A stretch of 62,821 nucleotides of DNA, the filler included, from Octopus bimaculoides (lineage: Eukaryota), in assembly GCF_001194135.2 (NCBI RefSeq). It is 8 parts of 7 records of this genome, joined end to end, with 100 filler letters (N's around TTAATTAATTAA, not from the genome) between each part and the next. Parts side by side here need not be neighbours in the genome. Positions count along the whole stretch, not along the records: positions 18,071 to 28,004 come from NC_068999.1; positions 28,105 to 55,718 come from NC_068983.1; 6 more parts are not named here. One strand, written 5' to 3'. Below are positions 23,113-36,033 of this stretch, one piece after another. The notes beneath the pieces are model-generated. The model was not told where the DNA came from. It saw only the letters and a list, made by a program, of their open reading frames with translations, and ran no database searches. Within the stretch, counting starts at the first letter, position 1. The number at the start of each line of letters is the position of its first letter. The position numbers were made by a program, and so were the translations under genes.

Positions 23113-26100
23113 ACTACTTCTTTATTTGTCATTTGGTTAAATTTTTAACCAATTAACTAATGATTTGTTTGTTTAATCATTTGATTAATTAGTCAGTTTG
23201 ACTGACCAAATGATTAATCAAGTGATCGATTAGTTGACTGGTTAAATAGTTAATCAATTGATAAATAAATAATGAATTGTAAGTGAAATTGAAGCAGTGT
23301 GTGTGTTTATTAATAATGGCGCAATGACCCTCACAAGATCTATTTCAAAATCTGTTTCAACACTTGTGCTCTCACCAAGAATCTTGCAAACCAAAGGCAA
23401 AAGCGAAAGACACCCTTTGTACTTTAGCTAAAGAAAGAACTCAATAACTGGTGTTATAAGTGTGGTGTAGTTGACTGAGGGAGTAGCGTGGTGGCTGAGA
23501 TCCTTAGCATTTACTTCTGATGTATATCCTCATTGGGTTCAAACCCTGTTGGAGCCAGCTTCATCTTTCATTGTACAGAGAATGGCCAATAAAACGTTAG
23601 ACACTCATCCGGGTGGGGGTCCGGTGGTGGGGTTCAGTTGATTCAGTCCACACCTCGTTTGGAGAATTGACCTTCTGTTTGAAAAAGAAAAAACAAAAAA
23701 ACAAAAAAAAGTCCTTCTTAAAAACCCTAGCATCAATCATTTTGATAAAACCCCCCAAAAAAACTCTGTATGTAATTTTGCACTTTTTACTCCAAAACCA
23801 AGATTAAAATTAGGGGTATGAATCATATTTAGGACTGTTTGTATCATAATTAGTGTTTTGTATTATAAATAGGGGTGTTGTATTATACAATGTCTGAGGT
23901 TGAAACTTTTCTTCCCACCAACTTTTACTAAAAACAACAAAAGTAGTTACAATGTAATAAAGTTTTATTATTTTTTACACTATTTTAAAAAAAGTTTATA
24001 TTGTCATCATCATCATCATCATCATCATCATCGTCGTTGTTGTTTTAACATCTATGTTTCTCATGTTTGCATGCGTCAGACGACAATAACAAGAATGTAA
24101 AAACTCCGAGTTGTTCTCTGAGTAAGGTAAGGATCTGCTAGTCTGTTAAACAATGAACATCTGGGACTTGGTTCCCCAGAGAAGTGGATACAGAAGGCAC
24201 GGGCATGGTGCATAAAAGCACACAAATTTATATCGCTAGCAGACAAGAATCGGCTGCTACGTGATCTGACAGATCGAGCGCCTTTATCATGACTGTACAT
24301 TCTCTCTGTTGGCAGCCCTTACCTGTTTTCCAGGTTAATACACGTGTCTTCCTCGCTGTAATTGTCGTAGTTTCAAAACACGGTCTCAGATAAAAATTAC
24401 TTTCCTGACAAAAACATTTCCGAAATTTATTAACGTTTGTGCTTAATATACACAAGAGCACATAACTCTAATAAAAATTTATACAGAGTACATTCCCTTG
24501 AAACAGGAGTTATCTCCCTTGAATTTTTTTTCCTTGAAGATTTAACTGGAAAATATATGCGGAAGGAAATTGAAATATTCTTTCTGATTAACCAAGGATG
24601 AAAGGACAGCGGCACTGTCATGGGATTAGCTGTCAGAAGTGAAAGTAGAACTGACAAAGGACAGCTCCAATAGCCCTTGATTATTTTTTTTCCCCAGGGC
24701 TCCCGGAGCTGCTGGGAGGAAGAGAAATGAGGAAGATGTCGATATATTGAAAATGTCCTTAAACTGAAACGTTTACAAGAGACATCAAAGGGTAGAATGG
24801 TGTTAATGTGAGCGATGATTTAAGTCTACTCCGTCCTACCAGAAACTCTGAGCGCAAAGAAACGGAACAAATACCACAAGGTATCATCTCGTCCAACACT
24901 AATAATTCCGTCAGTCCCGTCAGCTTGCGCTGATTTTTCTATTTTCTTCGGATCAAAAACAAAGCTGTTCTCGGCGGGATTTGAACTCAGAGCGAGAGGA
25001 AAGGTTACTTTCCCATCATTTCTTTCTGTCGCATGTATTGGAAGTGAAATCACGAGGCTTAGTGGTTAGGATGTTACATTTATGATCACAAGATTGTGGT
25101 TTCGATTCCTGGGCTGATGATGCACTGTGTTCTTGAGCAAATCGCTTCGAATCACACTGCCCCAGTCCACACAGCTGTAAATGGGGTCACTCAGCGACGG
25201 ACCGGCGTCCCGTTCGAGCGGAATGATGGGATCTCGATCGCTTAATACGCCGTGGAAACAAGGGTAATCGGCCTCATGAGCCCAAGGATTCGAGACAATA
25301 GTTATTTACAAACTGAATTAAATATTTTTAGCGACAGAAGCAGTATTAAAATCCTTTCCACTATAGGTACAAGGCTTGAAATTTTGGGAGGAGGAAGGAG
25401 TGGGGTAGTTGATTATATCGATACCAGTGCTCAACTGGTACTTACTTCATCGAACCTGAAAGGATGAAAAACAAAGTCGGCCTTGGTGGAATTTGAACTC
25501 AGAGCGTAGCGACCCACGAAAATACCGCTAAGCATTTTGCCCGGCGCGCTAACGGTTCTGCCAGTTCGCTACCTTTTAAAGGATGATAGACAAGGTCGAC
25601 CTTGGCGGAATTTGAGCTCAGAACGTAAAGACAGACGAGAGGCTGCTAAGCATTTCCCCCGGCGTGCTAACGATTCTGCCAGCTCGCTGCCTTTAGGAGG
25701 CGGCATCAATATCGAGAGATATTTATCCCCACTTAAAGTGGTTGTTTTTAAAGAACAAACTATATTGCCGTAGTTACCACGAGAGAAAAGAAAAAGACTA
25801 TATTGTGATAGCTACCATGCTACCTCTTGCGGGGAGATGAATCGCTGCTATTTCTAGCGATCGAGCGTCCATCCTCGACAAGACCAAACAAGGTCGAAAT
25901 CACGTGAGCTGGTGGTCTCGGCGCCGGAGGTGGCGGGGATTTACCTCTCGCGATATAAACAAGAATGCATTTTGCGCCAAATGCTAATGTCAGTGTTTCT
26001 CTCATTGTATCTACCGCAGTATAGCTTGTTCTAACAGAACATTCACGTTTAAACAGGTATAAATATCGCCTCTCTGAATTAAATTTATCATCGATTTATT

Positions 26101-26383
26101 CTTATACAACGGAAACTGTAACCACAGAATAAATTTTAGGAGCAACCATCAAACACATGTCAGTCATTTTTCTATCAAACATTATTAAAACTAACTAAAA
26201 TTGATCACGAAGATGTACACAACAGAATGGTGAGAGCCTGGTGTATACCACTGAAGTTGGCACACCACGAAAATCGCCAAGTAATTCTTCTAAGGTAGTG
26301 GTTTTGAACCAGTCTATGAACTCCTTTTATTACTATTTTATTCCGGTGGACCTTCATAGCCAGAAACTGAAAGAAATCCGTCG

Positions 26384-26420
<37 letters not shown>

Positions 26421-26996
26421 TTGTCCCCCAACATCGCCTAACAACCGATGTTGGCGTGTTTACCTCCCCGTAACTTTGCAGTTCGGCAAAAGTGACCGAT
26501 AGAATAAGTACTAAGCTTATATATATATGACGGGTTTCTTTCAGTTTCCGCCTGCCAAATCCACTCACAAGGCTTTGGTCGGCCCGAAACTAATGTAGAA
26601 GACACTTGCCTAAAGTGCCACGCTGCGGGACTGAACCAGGAACCATGTGGTTGGGAAGCGAGCTTCTTACCACACAGCCAATGCGTGTACATCATTAGAG
26701 CTTTTCTAAATGGACTACTTAGCATGGCCCGACAATATGCTGCTGCGCTGATGCTGATGGCGTGCTGTAAAGATTGCACAGAAATATACTGAGTAATAAA
26801 GGATATTTGGAGGACTTCCGTAAAGCCAGATTATGAAAATCAGCTATTATTTAATCAGGCATGCAACTTTATGTATGTATGTATGTAGTACGTATGTATG
26901 TATGTATGTATGTATCTAAGTATGTAGTACGTATGTGTGCATGTATATGTATGTATATCTATCTATCTATGTAGCTCTATCTATCTATCTATTTGA

Positions 26997-27028
<32 letters not shown>

Positions 27029-27039
27029 ATATATATATA

Positions 27040-27232
27040 TATATATATATATAGATACATACATACATACATACATACATACATGCATGCATACATATAC
27101 ATATACATGCACACGTACATACTACATACTTATATACATATATATTTACGTACGTACGTACGTACATATATATACATACATACATATGTATTTATATATA
27201 TATATGTGTATGTATGTATAAATGTATGAATG

Positions 27233-27268
<36 letters not shown>

Positions 27269-27445
27269 TACATACATACATACATACATACATACATGCA
27301 TGCATACATATACATATACATGCACACGTACATACTACATACTTATATACATATATATTTACGTACGTACGTACGTACATATATATACATACATACATAT
27401 GTATTTATATATATATATGTGTATGTATGTATAAATGTATGAATG

Positions 27446-27477
<32 letters not shown>
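27040..27477. repeat. Two-copy tandem duplication, 213-bp unit of compound microsatellite
   Basis: Unit start agatacatac at about 27053 and 27266; the internal sequence is essentially identical. Confidence 0.85.
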
Positions 27478-27478
<1 letters not shown>

Positions 27479-27580
27479 GTGTGTAAATATACATATATAT
27501 ATATGTGTATATTTATATATCTATAAAGATGCATACATATATATAACTATCTCTGTATATTTCTGAGCGTCTATATATAA

Positions 27581-27618
<38 letters not shown>

Positions 27619-27973
27619 AAGTGTGTGTATGTAAGTATGTACATACACGCACATACACAAACACACACACACACATACATACACAGGCTTACATATACAC
27701 GGGTGCATGTATGTATGTATTATGTACGTATGTAAGTGCGTGTATCTATGTAAATACATGTTCGGACAACGCCTTATGTATAAACGTATTTATACACGCA
27801 CATACATACATACCTACATACATACGTATGTACGCGCGTACGCACGAACGTTCGTCCGTATAACCATTGTTTTGTCATAGAGTATTGTAACAAAAGCTAT
27901 AATATCGATTTCTGTACACATTCGCAGACATACATATTGTCGAGTGAGTAAATGTACATGTACGTGTCTCTCC

Positions 27974-28004
<31 letters not shown>

Positions 28005-28732
28005 NNNNNNNNNNNNNNNNNNNNNNNNNNNNNNNNNNNNNNNNNNNNTTAATTAATTAANNNNNNNNNNNNNNNNNNNNNNNNNNNNNNNNNNNNNNNN
28101 NNNNATATATATATATATATAACAGCTTTCTAGCAAATGTATGCATATTCTGTGGGTATTGGGGTAAAATTAATTTTTAATACTTATGTCGTAAGGGTAA
28201 GAAAACATTAGATCTATGACCAATACAATCTGATGTCAGCAAACAGGGGCGACAACTCGAAACAAGTATCGGTCTAATTACACCTCCTTAATGTTATGTA
28301 GTTTTGCCCATCTTTGTTTGGTCATTAATTTCTTCTCGATATTATTTCGACGAGGAGACTTCACATATATTGTTCGAGTTTATCAGTAAATAGATATAAC
28401 GATGTATTACTGTAAGCAAGAACAGCAAGCATTGTTTATAACATAATCGATGACAATATAAAAATAAGGCGCTTCATAATTTTAAGAATAGTATGAAGTT
28501 TTACCCCTGTGCACTCCATTACAATGTTATATTAATGGCTATGTCTATATTTCAAGACGTTTCTCTTTTGATCCTAGTTTATTTTTTTCTGTTTTGGTCA
28601 GAAACTGAGAGAATCCAACAACAAAGAAAAAAACAAACACCGACTGTTACTTCGCCAACACCTCCTGTAAGTTAAGCTAACAATGTTAACTTTCCCAGTT
28701 TAGAGCTCGTCTACAGTTAGAGTTTCACTTAC

Positions 28733-28867
28733 TTGTGTGGAATTGTAAGCCACTAATTTGGTAAGTGCTATTCCATCCTCCATTCCAGGATTCTCCTCTT
28801 TCAATTTATGTAAAAACTTCGTTCTGGCAGAAAGAACTGCCACAAGTGTTGCTTCGCTGGCTGTTCC
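28733..28867 (-). CDS. DDC: DDC-like coding exon 4
   Basis: Acceptor atattttttcag, donor CAA|gtaagt; 135 nt, GTASEATLVAVLSARTKFLHKLKEENPGMEDGIALTKLVAYNSTQ. Exon sizes of 201/114/120/135 nt, all phase 0, match the vertebrate DDC layout as I recall it. Confidence 0.93.
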
Positions 28868-29596
28868 CTGAAAAAATATCAATGGTTTGGCTTTTGTATA
28901 TGCAATATCAATTAACACTCGGAATATTTTTCTCTCACACACACACACACACACACACATCTTAGGTCTTACTGATCTAAGAAGACCAGGAACATATAGC
29001 CACAAGCATTTCTAGTTGTGTTCTAAGCCACAGAATACAAACATGTGAGATCTTGCAATCAATGTCCAGAATGTGTGACTATGATAACTGACGGTCTCTT
29101 TCTTGCTGTTATATCAGCTGGTAGACTATATAGTTATTTCCAGGAGTTTTAATGCATACTTTCCATTGTTTTTACTCCGATGTATGCGAACACACATGGT
29201 AATCTCTGTCTCAACGTTTACTGTTCACACTTCACCTGTCTCTAAAGGTAAATGTGGGATACACATGTGATATTCTCGGTCCCATTCTGGACTGTGATAC
29301 TGTAATATTCTATACATAAATGTAATACTCTCAGCATTAATTTTATCTAATTGAGTGTGAATTAGATGAAATCTTAATCTTTAAATTCTCGAACTCATTC
29401 GATCCCTTTTGGCATTACGCACAAAATCTCTGATGATATGTATGTATGGCAGTTTGTACGCATGTATAATGCCACTAGTCATTCCATATACCTAAGATAT
29501 TCCGCCATTCCCAGGGGACTATTTCCCTCAGAGACAGACAAAAGAAAGGAAATTCATTGAAGATGATATAGGAACTATTATTACATAGAAACGCAC

Positions 29597-29716
29597 CTGA
29601 ATAACAGCGCCACCTGGTCCATCGGAAGTGGAGAGAAAACAGTCCGGAAGTTTCAATGCTTTTGCCAGCCAATCTAAAACGATAACTTCCAACTCCGTAC
29701 AGGAAGGGCACGAAGC
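29597..29716 (-). CDS. DDC: DDC-like coding exon 3
   Basis: Acceptor acatttcttcag, donor CAG|gtgcgt; 120 nt, [40 protein letters not shown]. Confidence 0.92.
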
Positions 29717-29956
29717 CTGAAGAAATGTGTAAAAAAAAAGAAGAAAAATATCTTAATGCATTTTCATTTCATTACATTCATTTCTTGTGAACGAAGTCTA
29801 CATTTTCTATACCATTCTATTTCTAAACAAACTCAAGTCTATCGGGTACAACCAGCTCAAAAGATATGGAGTCTAAGGCTATATATATTTATGTTAGTTT
29901 TTATGTTCAGTTTTAACAAGAACAATTTTACATTAATCATAAACAAGAATGTAGTG

Positions 29957-30003
29957 GACAGTGACTTCGAAGTTTCGGCCATCTAAACCATCATCGGACT
30001 GTC
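29957..30003 (-). ncRNA. Type I hammerhead ribozyme motif (U4C variant)
   Basis: On -: GACAGT-CCGATGA-T-GGTT-TAGAT-GGCC-GAAA-CTTCGAAG-TC-ACTGTC. Perfect 6-bp stem I, palindromic stem III, GUC triplet, one core substitution. Confidence 0.7.
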
Positions 30004-30439
30004 TAAGTCTATGTAGATTTAACTCTTCCCGCTACTCACCTGTGTGCTAATAGCAAATTAAATATTCAATATGGTTCTGAAACAGGTCTTCAGCAAAGTT
30101 ATTTTTTGTACTACATTCTGAAGATCTTCAATCACCAACAAATGTTCTATTATCTCTAATCTAAAGACATCTTCCTCATCTTACCATACTTTGACGCTAC
30201 CCAAGTTCCTTTCAATGTTTTCATTCATACATTCCTACCATACTAACACTCTGGGGAAGGCACTGAGTCTCTTACTATTCTGGAAAATGTTTCGTCCCTG
30301 TATTAAGTATGTCGGTAAGTCGCATCAAGCAGTTTGGCCTTGGTCTGACCGTTCTAGAGTTTTTAGGAGGAACAACCTCTTAGCCACTAGTGGTGCCAAG
30401 TCCACTCTTACTTGGCGTAGTAGCATCTGCTAGAGTCTC

Positions 30440-30880
30440 AGCTATGAGTTAATTAGCATGTCAGTCGGACAGAGGAGCTCGTTAGCCTAGAATGGGAGCA
30501 ACATATCTAAGGAAAAGGAAACACTGGTTTCAAACCTCCGTTGTTCCCAGGGCTCCGACATATCCTGCCGTGAGTAAGTCATATTCTGCCGTGAGTAAAT
30601 CTTCGGGATTAAAACCTGGGGGAAAAATAGGGAGTCAGAGTCACTCATGAAGTTCGACAGTGACTAGAAACTTGTTCTCGCAATTCTTGTGACGACACTT
30701 ATATAAAATTGTTTTTCCTTTGGATCCATTTGCAAAAAGGGGAAACAATCTCTCTTCTATACCGTACTGCCCAGGTTTGGATCGTACCGAATACGCTATA
30801 CAAGGGAGAGAGAGCTGGAGAACTCAACCGGTACCGACAACGCTGTACTGCATGGGTGGACAGCTAGGACTTTCGTCCAT
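30440..30880 (+). mobile_element. Possible RTE-clade LINE 5'UTR fragment
   Basis: gggagcaac..ctaaggaaaaggaaacactggtttcaaacctccg..cttcgggattaaaacc resembles RTE 5'UTRs as I recall them. Confidence 0.35.
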
Positions 30881-31260
30881 GTCACTCATTAAATGACTGG
30901 CGGAGGCCTTAAATGCATTTACCCACCCAAACTCTGCACGCACACACACACACACGCACACACACACACACATGCACACACACAAACACACATGCACTCA
31001 CACACACACCCCAATTNNNNNNNNNNCACACACACATGCACACACACAAACACACATGCACTCACACACACACCCCAATTTAAATGCAGTTGGTCTTTAG
31101 ATCAAAAATTTACGATAGACGTTACCAATGCAAAAGAAGACTACTATTAAGTCTCTAACATGTTGAACCACTTAATTTTGAAGATTTCATTGATACCAAA
31201 TCACAGATCTTAAGCGCACAGGTGACACTATGACTCTTCCTTGTACAAGAGAGAAACTTT

Positions 31261-31432
31261 ATTTACATTATTTACATTTGACGGATATTTGTCTTCATCT
31301 TGTTTGTCGTTAACACAACGTTTCGGCTGATATANNNNNNNNNNGGCTGATATACCCTCCTGTCTTCGTTAGGTGTCTTGGGGAAATTTAAAACCTGGGT
31401 TCTCATACCTAAAGTATTTTTCAATGTTGTTG

Positions 31433-31468
<36 letters not shown>

Positions 31469-31560
31469 TCACTGCCTGGAATCGAACACGGAATCTTAGA
31501 GTTAGTAGCCCGCGCTCTTAACCACTACGCCTTATGCCCGTGGGCAATTATGGAGTGAAT
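31261..31560 (-). mobile_element. Same tRNA/hammerhead SINE family, minus copy
   Basis: Reverse complement of head, (AAT)n, body and tail. The HHR core reads CTAACGA (decayed) and is interrupted by a 10-N gap. Confidence 0.7.
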
Positions 31561-31715
31561 TTTAAGGCTTCTAAATCTAATATTTTCACTCCATAATTGC
31601 TCACGGGCATAAGGCGTAGTGGTTAAGAATGCGTGCTACTAACCCCTAGATTCCGTGTTCGATTCCAGGCAGAGACCTGAATAATAATAATAATAATAAT
31701 ATTAATAATGATAAT

Positions 31716-32232
31716 AATAATAATATGTCCGGCTTCGGACATAGTCTTCATTCTCTTAATTGAGAAAGAAAAGAAACTATGCTGGATCATATATACAGGG
31801 TGAACCAAAAGTAGGTGGACAGTAAAAAAACATTTATAATATAACTGATACATAAACCTGTTCCAAATATCATCCCCCTACTTTTGGCTCACCCTGTATA
31901 GCCTGCCCAGCTGACAACAAGGTATGCGATAAGGAAGAAAGAAAAGTCGAGAGATATGACAGGTTCGCTTGGGAAGTTGTACCAATAATTGTTTGCTTGG
32001 CAGTAGTACCAATAATTGTCGGAGCCCTGGGAACAGTGAGCAAAAATATCGAGAAGTGCGTGGAACAAATAGGGGCTGCAATAAAGGTGGAGTACTTGCA
32101 GAAAACAGCACTGATTGGAACCACTCGAATACTCCGGAAGGTGCTCGAAAAATAAGAGGTGTTACTTTAGTTCACTGGTAGTGAACAGCTGACACTGTAA
32201 TACATCTCTAGCGTTAGAAGCTGTGCAAAGGC
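31716..32232 (+). mobile_element. 5'-truncated REL-endonuclease non-LTR retrotransposon (R4/Dong-like) 3' end
   Basis: Decayed PD-IVLIEKEKKLCWII(D)-ACPADNKV..KVERYD..WEV..VPIIVGALGTVSKNIEKCVEQIGAAIKVEYLQKTALIGTTRILRKVLEK*, then a 3'UTR and (AAT)n. Clade assignment is from recalled motifs. Confidence 0.7.
31796..31896. mobile_element. Tc1/mariner-type MITE
   Basis: TIRs CAGGGTGAACCAAAAGTAGG / CCTACTTTTGGCTCACCCTG; TA at 31794-31795 and 31897-31898. A related single end lies on - at about 21660-21686. Confidence 0.8.
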
Positions 32233-32263
<31 letters not shown>

Positions 32264-33011
32264 TCGAAAAATACGTTAAGAATGAGAACCCAGGTTCGAA
32301 ATTTCCCCAAGACACTCGATGAAGACTGGAGGGTATATGAGTTGAAACGTTGTGTTAACAACAAACATGATAAGGACAAATATCTGTCAAATGTAAATAA
32401 CGTAAATAATGTACATAATTCCGCATCTCTTAAATACAGAACTGTAATGGGAAAAACTTACAACATTTGAAGAAAGTCACCGACAATCACCAACTCATTA
32501 ATACAACCACTATAAAGGCTGCTCATTATTACTTTGTTTATCGTATGCCCACCAAACTATCGCATCTCACAAAGTGTAGCGATTTTCTTTTGTTTCTAGA
32601 GACGTCCATCCCTTCTCTAGAATCCACTTAATAATCATTATTCAACTAAAACTGGCTCCGTAGGGCAAATACTTTTGCTGATGAATTGATGACATTTGTT
32701 GGTTGTCTTTCAGTTCTATAATTCACACACAGAACACAATCTTCAAACGGCCAGCATGTTCCTGCTTCCCTCTGTGTTACAGTTCGCTTCGTTTTTCCAA
32801 GAGTGTTCCTACAAACATTTCGAAATAATCCTACACGTCACAATTTCGTCACACTGATTCAGTAAATAAAATTCCTGCCTTTTTCGCAACATGTATCAGG
32901 TTAAAGAAATACATTTCAAAATTTCAAAGATTTCAAAAGTGATTGGTAGAATAAATTCCATTTTGTAAAAGAAATGAAACGAAATGAAATAGATGAAACG
33001 TGAGACTGTAC

Positions 33012-33125
33012 CCAGCTGAATCCAATACATGCGATGGCATCAGAAAGAATATCAGCAACAATCGAAGAGTAGGAACAGCCAGTTGGAAAATAGGCGAAGA
33101 ATTTAGGATGTTGCCAGTGAGTAAC
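33012..33125 (-). CDS. DDC: DDC-like coding exon 2
   Basis: Acceptor ctcttatatttgtag, donor TGG|gtacag; 114 nt, [38 protein letters not shown]. Not in the ORF track; read directly from the sequence. Confidence 0.93.
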
Positions 33126-33206
33126 CTACAAATATAAGAGCAAGGAACACAGTGATAGTATATAGTAACTTTGTAATAAAAATACAATGGTTGGGTAAAG
33201 AACAAC

Positions 33207-33252
<46 letters not shown>

Positions 33253-33948
33253 NNNNNNNNNNNNNNNNNNNNNNNNNNNNNNNNNNNNNNNNNNNNNNNN
33301 NNNNNNNNNNNNNNNNNNNNNNNNNNNNNNNNNNNNNNNNNNNNNNNNNNNNNNNNNNNNNNNNNNNNNNNNNNNNNNNNNNNNNNNNNNNNNNNNNNNN
33401 NNNNNNNNNNNNNNNNNNNNNNNNNNNNNNNNNNNNNNNNNNNNNNNNNNNNNNNNNNNNNNNNNNNNNNNNNNNNNNNNNNNNNNNTATATATATATAT
33501 TTATAAACATAATTAAGGGATCAGCAATATTTGCTTCACCATTTACCGAAGTTCAGAAATAGCAGCTAAAAAAGCTGAGAATCCCACAGATAGCATCACT
33601 TGTAACTCACAAAGGCAAAAACAAGAAGAAAAAAACAATGAAAAGCTAACATACCGATGGGCTTGGTAAAAAAATATTAATTGTTAATTGATTTATTAAT
33701 TAATAAATTGATAATCCTTTACCCTTTTAATTTGTAATATATATATATATATATATGTGTATGTATGTATGTATATATAATATTTCGCAAGAATTTCTGA
33801 GAGACCGGTGTAGTCATTTTTGAAATGAATAATCAAAGACAAAAACCAGTGACACGAAGATATTTTTTAGTGATTGCATTGATATGAAAGACAGGAGTAG
33901 TGAGAACGATGTGAATGTTAGATAATTGTTTAAGTGTATTGCACTTAC

Positions 33949-34149
33949 CCCTGGCATAATAACTCTTTCAATGTCTTTAAATAAATCTTCCCATTTTTCT
34001 GGGTCTTGAGGAGCGTGGTCGGGTAGAAGTGGACGCATGAAGCCTGGCTTTACATCCGGAAGTACACGACGTTCTCGACTGTTTTCTAAATAATCAGCCA
34101 CGAATTTGATCATCTGTTGACTGGCAACCTGAAACTCTTGAGAATCCAT
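33949..34149 (-). CDS. DDC: Aromatic-L-amino-acid (DOPA) decarboxylase-like, first coding exon
   Basis: ATG at 34149; MDSQEFQVASQQMIKFVADYLENSRERRVLPDVKPGFMRPLLPDHAPQDPEKWEDLFKDIERVIMPG; donor GGG|gtaagt. An acceptor (ttcttctgacaatag) at 34177 gives 27 nt of 5'UTR in this exon. 201 coding nt. Confidence 0.93.
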
Positions 34150-35976
34150 TTTTCGCAATCCGTATCACGGGTAAATCTATTGTCAGAAGAAAGTTGATAA
34201 ATATCAATAAAAGATTTGCTTTCAAAGAATTTCAAAAATATACAAAGTCCTTGTGAATACATTGCTTTAAAACAAACATCGATTGAAGAATAAAAAAATT
34301 CAGTCATTGAGAAAGAGGCATCTAGGAAAGAAAAATATTACAAGCAATAAGTCTGTGATGGTAGTGCTCCAGCTCAGCCACAACAAATTGAATAATACAC
34401 GATGATCACTACTGTCATATGAATCTCGTGAAATGCTGAAATATTCTAAGAGTAATGTTATTGAAACAGGAAGAATTCCTGGTTTCTGTTCGTAATCGAT
34501 ATACTGGAAATCTTTCAAAATTGATGGAATTACTTGCAGCATCATTTTACAAACTCATGCATCACATGACTGGCAACCGTGCCACCGATTCAGTTCCTAT
34601 TTTTCACGCGGTGCCAGACATTAAATGAAGATCCACACAAGTAGCTGTATGAAGACATTATCGATTAAACACATAGTTACCTTCACACAGACAAATATTT
34701 ATGATAGACTGAAGATATATACGTTCCAAGCCTATAAGCATACATATACACAGCATTAATACGTGTGTATATACTCGTACGCGAATGGGACGAACTGGCA
34801 CAACCGTAACCAGGAAAAATGCCTAGCATCATTTTCTCCGACCTCACGTTCTGAGTTTGATAAATTCCGGGGTCGATAAATTAAGTACCAGTTAAGTACT
34901 GGGGATCGAAGTAATCGACGTTTTGATAAGCGATATTATTTCTCCCTACCTACAGATTCCGTCGTTTGGCATCTAACATTAAACAGTGGAAACAGTTATG
35001 TGGGTAGAATCCTGCTTGCTAACACAAAACTATCACCACACATTTCTAATAATGGGATTATGAAGCACTTTGCATTTCAGAAGGATTAAGCACATATATA
35101 CACTCTCAATGTGTGTGCGTGTGTGCGTATAAAAGTTAAGGATTCAAGCGAACCAGGTCCTTAAATAGTAAAGCACCACGACCAGTTCAATGAGATCGCT
35201 ATCATGTACAAAACAACATGCATAATACCGATGTAAAGACGGATTTATATTCCAGTTTTATGTACGATCAGAAGCATCCGACCGCAAGGCTTCACCTTGG
35301 TACAAACACTGCACCAATTGTACTGCAATCAATAGATTCCAGTTCCACGTTAATTGCAGGTTCCGAATAAGGTGAATAACGAACAAATAACAACAGATGG
35401 CTAGTGGTTCACTCACTGCATCTGTTTCAGACCGGTTTGCTATTGATGAGTAGAATTATTACATCATGTGAAAAAACCGTTTTCATGAGGTAAATATATC
35501 CACGAATTCAACATGGTAATAATGCAGTGTATTACATCCCATATCTGACCTCCCTCACCACTCTCTATTAAATCTGATTACATCTTATCATATACCCATT
35601 ACATTTGTATTATTACCGTACTGGTCGACATTAATTTCATGTGAACCATTGATCCCTTGACATTTTTGATATATTGTATAAGTACTTATTTATACACAGA
35701 CCTTATATGGTATTCTTTATTTATTTAGCCTTTCCTTTACTTTCACCTTATGTTTCATCGTGACTATTATTTCATTTTCATGATTTCATAGGCTTATTTA
35801 TAAACTCGAAATTCTTATGTTATTATATATTATATTACGCCTGAAAGAACAGCTGTAATGAGTTAACCCTAACCCATCTGCTGTTATTCGTAACTCATAT
35901 ATTGTGCTGTGTCATCGGGTGTAATGCGTTGTGACGGGACGGCAACTGTCTGTCAATATGAAGCAATCATCATCAT

Positions 35977-36029
<53 letters not shown>

Positions 36030-36033
<4 letters not shown>

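Larger units (their letters stand above)
31584..32420 (+). mobile_element. Same tRNA/hammerhead SINE family, plus copy split by nested insertions
   Basis: Head at about 31605-31690. The body resumes at about 32260 after (AAT)n, with HHR GACAC-TCGATGA-A-GACTG..GAGTT-GAAACGTT-GTGTT at 32311-32356. Confidence 0.65.

Noticed and set aside
24320-24395. Minus-strand exon-like segment with a CAG|gtaagg donor as a possible next DDC exon
   Set aside because: Its translation has no similarity to the expected AHSSVERAG exon.
24698-24765. Plus-strand acceptor followed by APGAAGRKR.. or LPELLGGR.., suggestive of a neuropeptide exon
   Set aside because: No upstream signal-peptide exon or consistent frame found; short chance matches are expected.
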